The position numbers and the translations under genes are program-made. Below the pieces are notes generated by a model. The model made no database searches. It was not told where the DNA came from and was given only the letters and a program-made list of their open reading frames with translations. DNA of 63,343 nucleotides, counting the filler, from Octopus bimaculoides (Eukaryota): assembly GCF_001194135.2 (NCBI RefSeq). It is 5 parts of 5 records of this genome, joined end to end, with 100 filler letters (N's around TTAATTAATTAA, not from the genome) between each part and the next. Parts side by side here need not be neighbours in the genome. Positions count along the whole stretch, not along the records: positions 1 to 17,632 come from NC_068989.1; positions 17,733 to 49,507 come from NC_069000.1; 3 more parts are not named here. One strand, written 5' to 3'. Numbering within the stretch: position 1 is the stretch's first letter; every line of letters starts with the position of its first letter. This document shows, piece after piece, positions 13,606-24,311 of this stretch.

Positions 13606-13845
13606 CCCTTTTACTGCGGAAACCAGATATATCAACCTGAAATTTCGTCACCCTTAGCAACGGAAAGCAGTTTTATACACCATTCTACCTTTTGTTCAGA
13701 AATGTCAAGCTTGAAACTATTTTCTCTTGAGATATGTCAAATTTATTGAGGCAACTTGACTTGTAGAAAATACCGATTTTAATTCTTAGCAGATACTTAA
13801 ATCATTCCTGGAATAGCAAGGAAATTTAATTTCGCAGTGAAAGGG
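13606..13845. mobile_element. piggyBac-like MITE; a diverged second copy lies at about 13930-14178
   Basis: TTAA at 13602-13605, left TIR CCCTTTTACTGCG, right TIR CGCAGTGAAAGGG (12/13 match). The right TTAA is not preserved. Confidence 0.6.
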
Positions 13846-14317
13846 GTATGGAAAGGGGTATGGAACTAATCTCTAATTTTAAGAAGACTTGGCTGCTACT
13901 TCTAACTAATTAAGAACTACATTATTTAACTACCTTTTTACTGCGGAAATCAAATATCTCCACTCAAAATAATTTCATTACCCCTAACTGTAAAAAGCAG
14001 TTTTAGATACCAATCTAATCTTTCGCGAGGAATGTGAAATTTGAAACTTTTTTTTTTTTTGAGACATGTTAAGTTTACTGAGGCAACCATGACTTGCAGA
14101 AAATACCAATTCTGTTTTCTTATAAGTATCTGACATCATTACTGGAATAACCATGAAATTCTATTTCACAATTAAAGTATACTTTCAAATTTTAATGATG
14201 ACTTTTGGAGAATGTAATAATACACAACTACATAAGCTATTAGTAAATTAAAAAGAATACATTATTCCTATAGTATTTCTTTAGCAGAATGTTACTACTC
14301 TTCACCAATCTAAGAAG

Positions 14318-14751
14318 GTGTGATGGCAGTATCGTTAGCACGCCGAACATAGAATGCTTAGCAGCATTTACGTTCCGATTTCAAATTCCGTCGATGTCGA
14401 CTGTACCTTTTTATCTTTTCGGAGTCGATAAAATAACTACCAGTCGAGAACTGGGATCGATCTCATCGACTAGACCCCTCTCCCAAAATTTCAGGCCTTG
14501 TGCCTTTAGTAGAAAGAATTATTATTTTTAAGGTGGCGAGCTGGCAGAATCGGGAGCAAGTCGGACATAATGCTTAGCGACATTTTGTCCATCTTTACGT
14601 TCTGAATTCAAATTCTACCGATGTCCATTTTGCCTTTCATCCTTTCGGGGTCGATAAAATAAGTACCAGTTGAGCTTTGGGATCGACGTGATCGACTTTC
14701 CCCACATCCCACTTCAATGGAAATTACTCTCTTTGGAGCAAAATATGAAAC

Positions 14752-14755
<4 letters not shown>
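14318..14755 (+). mobile_element. Two tandem type A SINEs ending in (ATT)n
   Basis: Copies at about 14318-14525 and 14532-14755 with A/B boxes and the TTTCATCCTTTCGGGGTCGATAAAATAAGTACCAG body. Confidence 0.8.
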
Positions 14756-14845
<90 letters not shown>

Positions 14846-15465
14846 CGATCATGTTGTCTCCATGTGCAGTCTGCTTGCGCCTACAGAGTATCTCAACAGG
14901 CATGATAGAGCTGCACAATATATTCACTGGGTNNNNNNNNNNNNNNNNNNNNNNNNNNNNNNNNNNNNNNNNNNNNNNNNNNNNNNNNNNNNNNNNNNNN
15001 NNNNNNNNNNNNNNNNNNNNNNNNNNNNNNNNNNNNNNNNNNNNNNNNNNNNNNNNNNNNNNNNNNNNNNNNNNNNNNNNNNNNNNNNNNNNNNNNNNNN
15101 NNNNNNNNNNNNNNNNNNNNNNNNNNNNNNNNAGGTGCCCTGGGAATGACAGCGAAACGGGCTGATTACTACCTAGCTCAGATACCAGGAAACCCCAAAA
15201 TGGCTGAAGTTCAAAAGATAGTGCTCATGGGAACTGCCCATATCCTACGTAAAATACTGTCTATGTGATCTCAAATTTTAAAACAAACACATAATTTTCT
15301 TATGGGTTCTTAAACATTCACTTGAACAAAACTGTACAAATCCAAATATATGGTACCCTAGGCATAACACCTACATGAACTTCTAACTTGTTGTCTCTTG
15401 AGGTCTCTGGGTGAGACTTGGATCCAACTTGTACAAATGCAAAACAAAAGTCAAACATAAAATAA
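14846..15465 (+). mobile_element. R4/Dong 3' portion (subfamily C), spanning a gap
   Basis: DHVVSMCSLLAPTEYLNRHDRAAQYIHW [gap] GALGMTAKRADYYLAQIPGNPKMAEVQKIVLMGTAHILRKILSM*; flanked by (AAT)n. Confidence 0.85.
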
Positions 15466-15477
15466 TAATAATATCTA

Positions 15478-15863
15478 TTGTCTTTTCACAGCTTCTATCG
15501 CTGGAGATGTACTATGGTGCCAGCTGTTCACTACCAGTGAACTAAGGCAACACTCCGTATTTTTCAAGCACTTTCCGGAGTATTCAAGCGGTTCCAAGCA
15601 GTACTGTTTTCTGCAAGTGTTCCATCCTTATTGCAGCCCCTATTTGTTCCATGTACTTCTTAAGATTTTGACTCGCTGTTCCCAGGATTCCAACAATTAT
15701 TGGCACTACCTTTAACCTTTTTCATCGTCCACAACTGCTTAACCTCCCAAGCTAACCTGTCATATCTCTCGACTTTTCTTTCTTTCTTATCGCATACCTT
15801 GTTGTCAGCTGGGCATGCTATATCTATGATCCAGCATCGTTCGCTTTCTTTCTCAATTAACAT
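15478..15863 (-). mobile_element. R4/Dong 3' portion (subfamily B), tail-to-tail with the subfamily C copy
   Basis: CWIIDIACPADNKVCDKKERKVERYDRLAWEVKQLW (restriction-like endonuclease); the 3' end matches 8291-8508. Confidence 0.85.
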
Positions 15864-15873
15864 TATATAACAA

Positions 15874-15923
<50 letters not shown>

Positions 15924-17006
15924 GGAACAACTTTACCTTTCATCCTTTCGGAGTCGATAAAATAAGTACCGTTTGAGCGCGACTAACCCACTGACCCTAC
16001 AATGCTGGCCTTGGGCTAACATTTGAGATTATTATTATTGGTGGTGGTGGTGGTGGTGTTTTTATTTCACTCCCTTGTTTTCTTTTTCCTGTTATACATC
16101 TACTGTCTTTTATCTCGGCTGTTTAGCACCGCGAAAACACCGTATGAAATGAACCAGTGATAAAAGAATAATACTACATAATGGAAAACAGGTTTCTTTC
16201 TAAGATCCCGTGTTGTCCTGAGCGTTGTGGATGGTCGTTGGAATGCTATTTTGCAGTCCAAGCAGAAACTTTGACTGACTACCGACCGTGGTATCATAAA
16301 TCAATCCGTGATAAGCACAACATGGTTTACAATTAAGCGTACTGTGTTAACTGGATCAATCAGTGGTGAATGAATCATTGATAAACGCGTACAGATATAT
16401 TAATTGTTCTTCCACTATTGCTTTCTTTCCTATTATCTTAATTGTTCTTCCTACGAAGGTTGCCAAATATCATATTGCTTTCTTTGGGATTTAAATCGAT
16501 CAATTAGCAATTTGTGGTTTCTGTGTTCTTCCATCAAAGCAGGAATAGAAGAGAATCCTGCAACATGAAAATAGTTATTTTTGATGGAAGGAGCGGGGAG
16601 TTCATAAGCAGCATTATTTAATTTCTTCGATTTTTATACAACATTTTTTTTTCAATATCTTGAAGATAATTAATAATAGTATCTTCCATAATCCCAACTA
16701 CTATATGGAAATAGAGTTTTAATTATACTTTTAATAAATATTCTGCAAAGTTTAGATGTTAAACAGCGATGTTCGTTTTAAAATGATTCTAACAGCGTAC
16801 TATATTAAAATTATATTTTTCAAAAAAACACTTAATGAATTTCTTTGTTTAAATCTGATTGTAACCAAATACCAAGAATTTTAATAGCAGTTCAATAATT
16901 GATTCATTAAATATATTTCATTACATAGATAATTAAGAGATTCGGGGTCATAATAATGAATTGTTTTAGAAGAATCAAATTATCCATTTTCGTTTGTCTG
17001 TTGCAG

Positions 17007-17073
17007 GACAACTGATACAGCTATAGACAACTTGTTATCGTTATTTACAACACTGGCGAAACATATAAATTGA
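17007..17073 (+). CDS. Candidate terminal coding exon of an unidentified gene (xTTDTAIDNLLSLFTTLAKHIN*)
   Basis: Strong acceptor TTTTCGTTTGTCTGTTGCAG|G, a stop at 17071-17073 and AATAAA at 17139-17144. No homology recognised and no upstream exon found. Confidence 0.2.
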
Positions 17074-17459
17074 GACCATCAGCCAAATCTGGCATTTGCA
17101 CAATTTCATTTTAAAAAGTTGACAAATCTTTTATAAAGAATAAAAATACAATAGAAGAAACAAGATAAGCATGTTGAAGAGAAGATATAGAATTAGTCTT
17201 GTGTTTATTACAGTAAATTAATCTTTTGGTGCAAGGAATGAGAAAACAAGCAAGCCAATTACAAAGAGAGCTAGGAATTTTATAATTATGACAAAATTTT
17301 TAATTAAAATGTCGTGTTTTAGCATTAATCGACTCTATCTATAGCTGAAGTGGTCACACTGGTCGAAGTCTTTTTTTAATTCGTTTAGAATTTTTTAACA
17401 AATGTTATTTTCAGCACTTGTTTTGTTTGTTTTTTTTTCTTTTTTTCAGAATTTTTATT

Positions 17460-18300
17460 ATGGCTGTGTAGTAAGTAGCTTGCTTATCAAATACATGGTT
17501 CTAGGTTCAGTCTCACTGCTTGGCACCTTGGGCAAGTGTCTTCTACTATAGCCTCGGACCGACCAAAGCCTTGTAAATGGATTTGGTAGATGGAAACTGA
17601 AAGAAGCCTGTTCTATATATATATATATATATNNNNNNNNNNNNNNNNNNNNNNNNNNNNNNNNNNNNNNNNNNNNTTAATTAATTAANNNNNNNNNNNN
17701 NNNNNNNNNNNNNNNNNNNNNNNNNNNNNNNNACACAAACATATACACACACATACACACATATATACATATATACGACGGGCTTCTTTCAGTTTCCGTC
17801 TACCAAATGCACTCACAAGGCTTTGGTCGGCCCGAGGCTATAGTAGAAGACACTTGCTCAAGGTGTCACGCAATGAGACTGAACCTGGAACCATGTGGTT
17901 GGTAAGCAAGCTACTTACCACATAGCCACTCCTGCGCCTATTTATTTATTTATTTTTTACTTGTTTCGGTCATTTGATTGCGGCCATGCTGGGACACCAT
18001 TTTGAAGGATCGTAGTCGAACAAATCGACCTCAAGACTTTACGTTTTTTTAAAGAATAGTACTTATTCTATCGGAGTCTTTTTGCTGGACCGCTATGTTT
18101 CGGGGATGTAAACACGCCAACACCGATTGTCAAGCAGTGGTAGCGGACAAACACACACACACACACATATACGAAAGGCTTCTTTCAGTTTCTGTCTACC
18201 AAATCCACTCACAAGGCTTTGGTATACCCGACGCTATAGAAGAAGGAACTTGCCCAAGGTGCCAGGCAGTGGTACTGAACTCGGAACCATGTGGCTGTGA
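17460..18300. mobile_element. Three type B SINE pieces: + (17460-17632), - (17733-17940), - (17955-18300)
   Basis: Family motifs GGCACCTTGGGCAAGTGTCTTCTACTATAGCC and GATTTGGTAGA(C/T)GGAAACTGAAAGAAG in both orientations. Confidence 0.8.
17633..17732. other. Artificial scaffold spacer N44-TTAATTAATTAA-N44
   Basis: An identical 100-nt cassette occurs four times; the palindromic 12-mer has stops in all six frames. Confidence 0.9.
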
Positions 18301-19979
18301 AGTAATGTATTTCAAAGGGCCAGCCTTGTCACACTGTGTCACGCTGAATCTCCCCGAGAACTACGTTAAGGGTACACGTGTCATNNNNNNNNNNNNNNNN
18401 NNNNNNNNNNNNNNNNNNNNNNNNNNNNNNNNNNNNNNNNNNNNNNNNNNNNNNNNNNNNNNNNNNNNNNNNNNNNNNNNNNNNNNNNNNNNNNNNNNNN
18501 NNNNNNNNNNNNNNNNNNNNNNNNNNNNNNNNNNNNNNNNNNNNNNNNNNNNNNNNNNNNNNNNNNNNNNNNNNNNNNNNNNNNNNNNNNNNNNNNNNNN
18601 NNNNNNNNNNNNNNNNNNNNNNNNNNNNNNNNNNNNNNNNNNNNNNNNNNNNNNNNNNNNNNNNNNNNNNNNNNNNNNNNNNNNNNNNNNNNNNNNNNNN
18701 NNNNNNNNNNNNNNNNNNNNNNNNNNNNNNNNNNNNNNNNNNNNNNNNNNNNNNNNNNNNNNNNNNNNNNNNNNNNNNNNNNNNNNNNNNNNNNNNNNNN
18801 NNNNNNNNNNNNNNNNNNNNNNNNNNNNNNNNNNNNNNNNNNNNNNNNNNNNNNNNNNNNNNNNNNNNNNNNNNNNNNNNNNNNNNNNNNNNNNNNNNNN
18901 NNNNNNNNNNNNNNNNNNNNNNNNNNNNNNNNNNNNNNNNNNNNNNNNNNNNTTTTTTTTTTTTTTTTTTTTTTTTTTGTCTTTTCTGATTTTCGACTAC
19001 ACTTCTTTTGAAACTTCTCCATTGCTATAATTTCATACCTGTAGCACGATTGACAAGACTAACTGTACTACTACTACTACCACCACCACCACGACTACTA
19101 CCACCACCACCACTACTACCACCACCACCAAAAGAAGGCTATAGTAGAAGACACTTGCTCACGGTGCAACGCAGTGGGACTGAACCCGGAACCATGTGGT
19201 TGGTAAGCAAGCTACTTACCACAAAGCCACTCTTTAAAATATAATTAAGGGCACAAATGACAAAATATAATCTTTTTGTCCTTTATCTTATATGAAAATC
19301 TGAGGAATAAAATTCTGACAGAAATTCTGTTGAGATATATACGAATGTGTAACAAGAAAACAATAAAATATATATAAAAAAAAAAAAAAAAATTCTGCTT
19401 CTATACGTATTCAGGTATGTTTCTACAATTTTTTGTTAAATAAATAAATAAAGCGTAAGAAATATATACAAGATTAGATTAAAAAAGAAAAGAAAAGAAT
19501 CAGTGTTTTTATTCATTTTTAATACGTTCTAGCGAATGCGAATGGAAATATATGCTCGGTGGTGCATTTTGCCACGAGCGATCAGATATACGCGTTCAAA
19601 TCTGCCAGAAAATATTAAGAATGAATAGATACATCAGTGTTTGGATTCTGTTGCGCATGCACCCTACGAGTGCTATTAATATTTTTATTAAACTAACAAA
19701 AATAACCAATAGATCTTCGGCCAATGAAATTAAAAATTTTTAAAAATCATTATATATACACACACATTATACACACATGCATACAAATATATATATATAC
19801 ATACATATCTGCATGCATACATACGTGCAAACATATTTACACATACACACACATAATTACCCATGCATACATATTTACACATATATATGTTGGGGAAAAT
19901 AGTAGTAGCTTGGAGGAAAAAATACTCATTATGTGAAGTATGTAGTGTGAATTATATGTATTCATTATGAGGTAAATTT

Positions 19980-20390
19980 AAGGCAGAGAGATGGGAGAAT
20001 CGTTTACACATCGTACGAAATGCTCAGCTGCATTTCGTCTTATTACGTTCTGAGTTCAAATATCACCGAAGTTGATTTTTACCTTTCATCCTTTCAGTGT
20101 TGATAATAAAAAGTAGAGGCGAGCTGGCAGAAACGTTAGCACGCTGGGCGAAATGCTTAGCGGTATTTCGTCTGTCTTTACGTTCTGAGTTCAAATTCCG
20201 CCGAGGTCGACTTTGCCTTTCATCCTTTCGGGGTCGATAAATTAATTACCAGTTACGCACTGGGTCCATGTAATCGACTTAATCCCTTTGTGTGTCCTTG
20301 TTTGTCCCCTCTATGTTTAGCTCCTGGCGGCCAATAAAGAAATAAGAAACGTTAGCACGCCGGGCGTAATTCTCAGCGGTATTTCGTCTC
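19980..20390 (+). mobile_element. Tandem type A SINE copies (degenerate, near-full, and truncated head)
   Basis: The best copy, 20115-20340, is close to the family consensus. Confidence 0.8.
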
Positions 20391-20465
20391 TGTGAGTTTA
20401 TGTTGAAATATTGATTTGAGTTGTTGTTAGATCTGTTGCCGTTGTTAATTGTTTTGTTCCCCATT

Positions 20466-20935
20466 GTAGGGAAACGGAGAAGATGCAGGAGGGAGGCCCA
20501 AGTTATGCGGCTGCAACGAGCAGAGGAGTAGACGTGCAAGAGTTGGAGGTCCGCGAGATAAGGGTGGAACCTCGAAAGATGAAGGAGAGTGAAAAATTAA
20601 TCTCAAAAGAAGGTAACACTTTGAAATTAACGCCACCTGAAGAGATTTCGGCCATTGTGTCAAGAAGGACTGTGATATTCAAAACCATGAAGACAGCTAC
20701 AGGAAAAATAGAGGTTGCACTGATAGAAGCCATAGAGGAGTGTATCAAGGAATTGAAAAGACAACGTACATTACGAGAGGGAGAAAATACGCCACTGTGG
20801 AGGTGCACTTCACAGCAGAGGAGGAAGCAATAAAGCACACCACAGAGGCTATAAGGTCAGAAGAATGGATGCTCTTACCTTCGTACTGCGACAAACGTGT
20901 GGCTAAAAGCGTGACGGCCTGAATCGTGGCCGTCA
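20466..20935 (+). pseudogene. L1/Tx1-like ORF1 5' portion, frameshifted and 3'-truncated
   Basis: Pattern SYAAA, then an RRM-like ITRGRKYATVEVHFTAEEEAIKH, then LLPSYCDKR, as in invertebrate Tx1/L1 ORF1 proteins; split over two frames. Confidence 0.5.
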
Positions 20936-21139
20936 GGCACAAGTCAACAGGCCACGATCGTCCAGATTTAATTCATGGGCGCTTGTTGGGGTCTAATGTC
21001 ACTCAAACGCTCCGATACCCACCAGAATGCAAGAGGATTAATAGTTCAACTAATGACTTTTCAGATGATGTAAAACTTGCCACCGTTATATACTAAGAAG
21101 ATATTTTAAGTATTTTTTGTTTTCATGTGTGATAAGCAT

Positions 21140-21352
21140 GTTTCCTAACCACATGGTACCAAGTTCAGTCCCACAGCGTGACACCTTGGGCAAGTGTCTT
21201 CTACTATAGTCTCGGGCCAACCAAAGCCTAGTGAGTGGATTTGGTAGACGGAAACTAAAAGAAGCTCGTGGTATATATGTGTGTGTGTGTGTTTGTCCCA
21301 CCCCCATCACCACTTGAAAACCGGTGTTGGTGTGTTTACGTCCCGCTAACTT
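21140..21352 (+). mobile_element. Type B SINE running into a gap
   Basis: CACCTTGGGCAAGTGTCTTCTACTATAG motif and internal (GT)n. Confidence 0.8.
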
Positions 21353-22219
21353 NNNNNNNNNNNNNNNNNNNNNNNNNNNNNNNNNNNNNNNNNNNNNNNN
21401 NNNNNNNNNNNNNNNNNNNNNNNNNNNNNNNNNNNNNNNNNNNNNNNNNNNNNNNNNNNNNNNNNNNNNNNNNNNNNNNNNNNNNNNNNNNNNNNNNNNN
21501 NNNNNNNNNNNNNNNNNNNNNNNNNNNNNNNNNNNNNNNNNNNNNNNNNNNNNNNNNNNNNNNNNNNNNNNNNNNNNNNNNNNNNNNNNNNNNNNNNNNN
21601 NNNNNNNNNNNNNNNNNNNNNNNNNNNNNNNNNNNNNNNNNNNNNNNNNNNNNNNNNNNNNNNNNNNNNNNNNNNNNNNNNNNNNNNNNNNNNNNNNNNN
21701 NNNNNNNNNNNNNNNNNNNNNNNNNNNNNNNNNNNNNNNNNNNNNNNNNNNNNNNNNNNNNNNNNNNNNNNNNNNNNNNNNNNNNNNNNNNNNNNNNNNN
21801 NNNNNNNNNNNNNNNNNNNNNNNNNNNNNNNNNNNNNNNNNNNNNNNNNNNNNNNNNNNNNNNNNNNNNNNNNNNNNNNNNNNNNNNNNNNNNNNNNNNN
21901 NNNNNNNNNNNNNNNNNNNNNNNNNNNNNNNNNNNNNNNNNNNNNNNNNNNNNNNNNNNNNNNNNNNNNNNNNNNNNNNNNNNNNNNNNNNNNNNNNNNN
22001 NNNNNNNNNNNNNNNNNNNNNNNNNNNNNNNNNNNNNNNNNNNNNNNNNNNNNNNNNNNNNNNNNNNNNNNNNNNNNNNNNNNNNNNNNNNNNNNNNNNN
22101 NNNNNNNNNNNNNNNNNNNNNNNNNNNNNNNNNNNNNNNNNNNNNNNNNNNNNNNNNNNNNNNNNNNNNNNNNNNNNNNNNNNNNNNNNNNNNNNNNNAA
22201 ACTGTACGCCACAGAGCTG

Positions 22220-22600
22220 CGAGGCGCGTGACCCAGTGGTTAGAATGTTGCACGCACGATCGTGAGGTCATTGTTTCGATTCCTGGACGGAAGAGTCGTT
22301 GTGTTCTTGAGTAAAACAAAATTTTATGTTACTTTCCGATCACTGCGACCCCTATTGTGTAGCACACCGTACGCCTGTACAGGCAATATCAATTTGAAGT
22401 AAAGGGCGGCGAGTTGGTAGAAACGTTAGCATGCCGGGCGAAATGCTTAGCGATAATTTCGTCTGCCGTTACGTTCTGAGTTCAAATTGGGCCGAGGTAG
22501 ACTTTGCCTTTCATCCTTTCGGGGTCGATTAAATAAGTACCAGCTACCCCTTTGTTTGTTCTCTCTATGTTTAGCCCCCTCCCCTGTGGGCAATAAAGAA
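22220..22600 (+). mobile_element. Degenerate type D SINE head (22220-22350) plus type A SINE (22403-22600)
   Basis: Matches the 10331-10594 head and the type A consensus respectively. Confidence 0.7.
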
Positions 22601-24159
22601 ATGAATTTGGCGTAAAGGCGAAGAGCCGACAGAAACGTTATATATCGGCTGCTTGTTACAAGAACACACTCCGGTAATTTTATTACAAATTAGGACAACT
22701 AATTCACCAGATCAATCTTATGAAACATAGAAGGATAGAACAGTACACAGAACTTCTGATACTTAATAGTAGTGTAGTGTTTAGTCGCAGGTCAATTCTG
22801 ACTGAGTAGTCTTATAAACATTAACGTTTTAGGTTTCTGTCCTTCCTGTCAAAATTGATGTGTAATGATTTGAAGGTAACTCAGTTGTGCTTCTATATAT
22901 ATAGTACCTATATAGAGTGAGATGAACTGAGCTGTCAAGAATTAATATAATGTAATGGCTATGGAGAGGAACAGCGCTGAAGAGAAATTGTTAGCTGTAA
23001 AATTGTGTTGCAGCTGAAAGTCCCAATATACTTATAGACTGGGTTAGAAGTCGCTCTCTGCGGTTTTGTACTAACAAAGAAGACAAAAGCCAGCAGTGGC
23101 TAACAACGAACGAGCGAAGAAATAAAGTAGCTCAAAGAAGTTAGAAATTGCAGCAAACTCTCAAATCGTTTACAACCGCAAAAAGAAAGGAAGGACACAT
23201 TTGATAATGCTGCATTAGATACAATATACATGAAAGACGAGATGGTGATGTTTACGACAAAGATCAATTTTACAACGCAAATCTATTTCAGATTTAACGA
23301 GGCTAAAGGTTGTGTAGAATTAAATCTTTTCTGTGCATAAAAAAAAACAAAAAAAAACTACAGCCAGAAACGACTTGTTTTTCCGTATCAGACGTTATAA
23401 GCTACATAAGCAAAACGAATAATACGGTATAAAAAACTGAATGTTTATTTATAAAAAATATGGGTGTCATAGCAAAAATTAAAATATGAAATGACACTTA
23501 ACTTCGAAGAATTTTCTATAAAAACCTAAATTTATCTAGGGAATGTTTGTAGCTTGCAACAGAAATTTCTGTACACTGCATTATACTGAAATCAAACTAA
23601 AAATTTTATAAGGAGTATGATTAATCTCTTTTGAGCGAACTGATATACATACATATATATATATATATATCAGTTAATTCGACAATAAAAACAGTATTCA
23701 CTTGATGTGATTGTTAACTGGAGTATTCTGCTTACGTTGTTTTAGAATAGGATGGGGAGACAATATTTAGCAATATTTCAGAATTGTTTATACAGGTTTC
23801 TTTGAAATATCTGGAGCGAAGCGATCAGTTGGTCATAATAAGCATGCAAGGGAATGAATAAATATTCGTCGCATCAAACGCCATTCAAATTGTTTTTTTT
23901 TTTGTTGTTTTTTTCACTATCTCTGAAATAACAGGAATATTGCAGTTCTTCCTTACAACATTTCAGTAAAAACGATACGTATTGTCATAGTTATCGTTAA
24001 ATCTATTTTAGATTATATTTGTAATACTATGTTGGAAAAGTGTATTTACGAGATGAAATAGAATTATCAGCCTCTATTTTATAACTTTTAATATTGTCAG
24101 TCACTTTTGAAAGCTTGTGTGATTCCTATGTTCAGAATTGAGTTTGTATCAACGAGCTA

Positions 24160-24165
24160 TTTATT
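24160..24165 (-). promoter_or_regulatory. Candidate polyadenylation signal AATAAA for the orphan gene
   Basis: TTTATT on the + strand, about 150 nt downstream of the TAA at 24312. Confidence 0.4.
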
Positions 24166-24311
24166 AAAACAACTCGTCAATATGGCATGAATATTTTGCG
24201 GGTTTCATTAAAAATTATAAATGAACATATTTAATATGCTCAGCTTTGATGAGTAGTGGAAGATTCTCAGCTGTCGTCTGTCGAAACCTCGGTGGTCGAT
24301 CTTCCAGTTGT

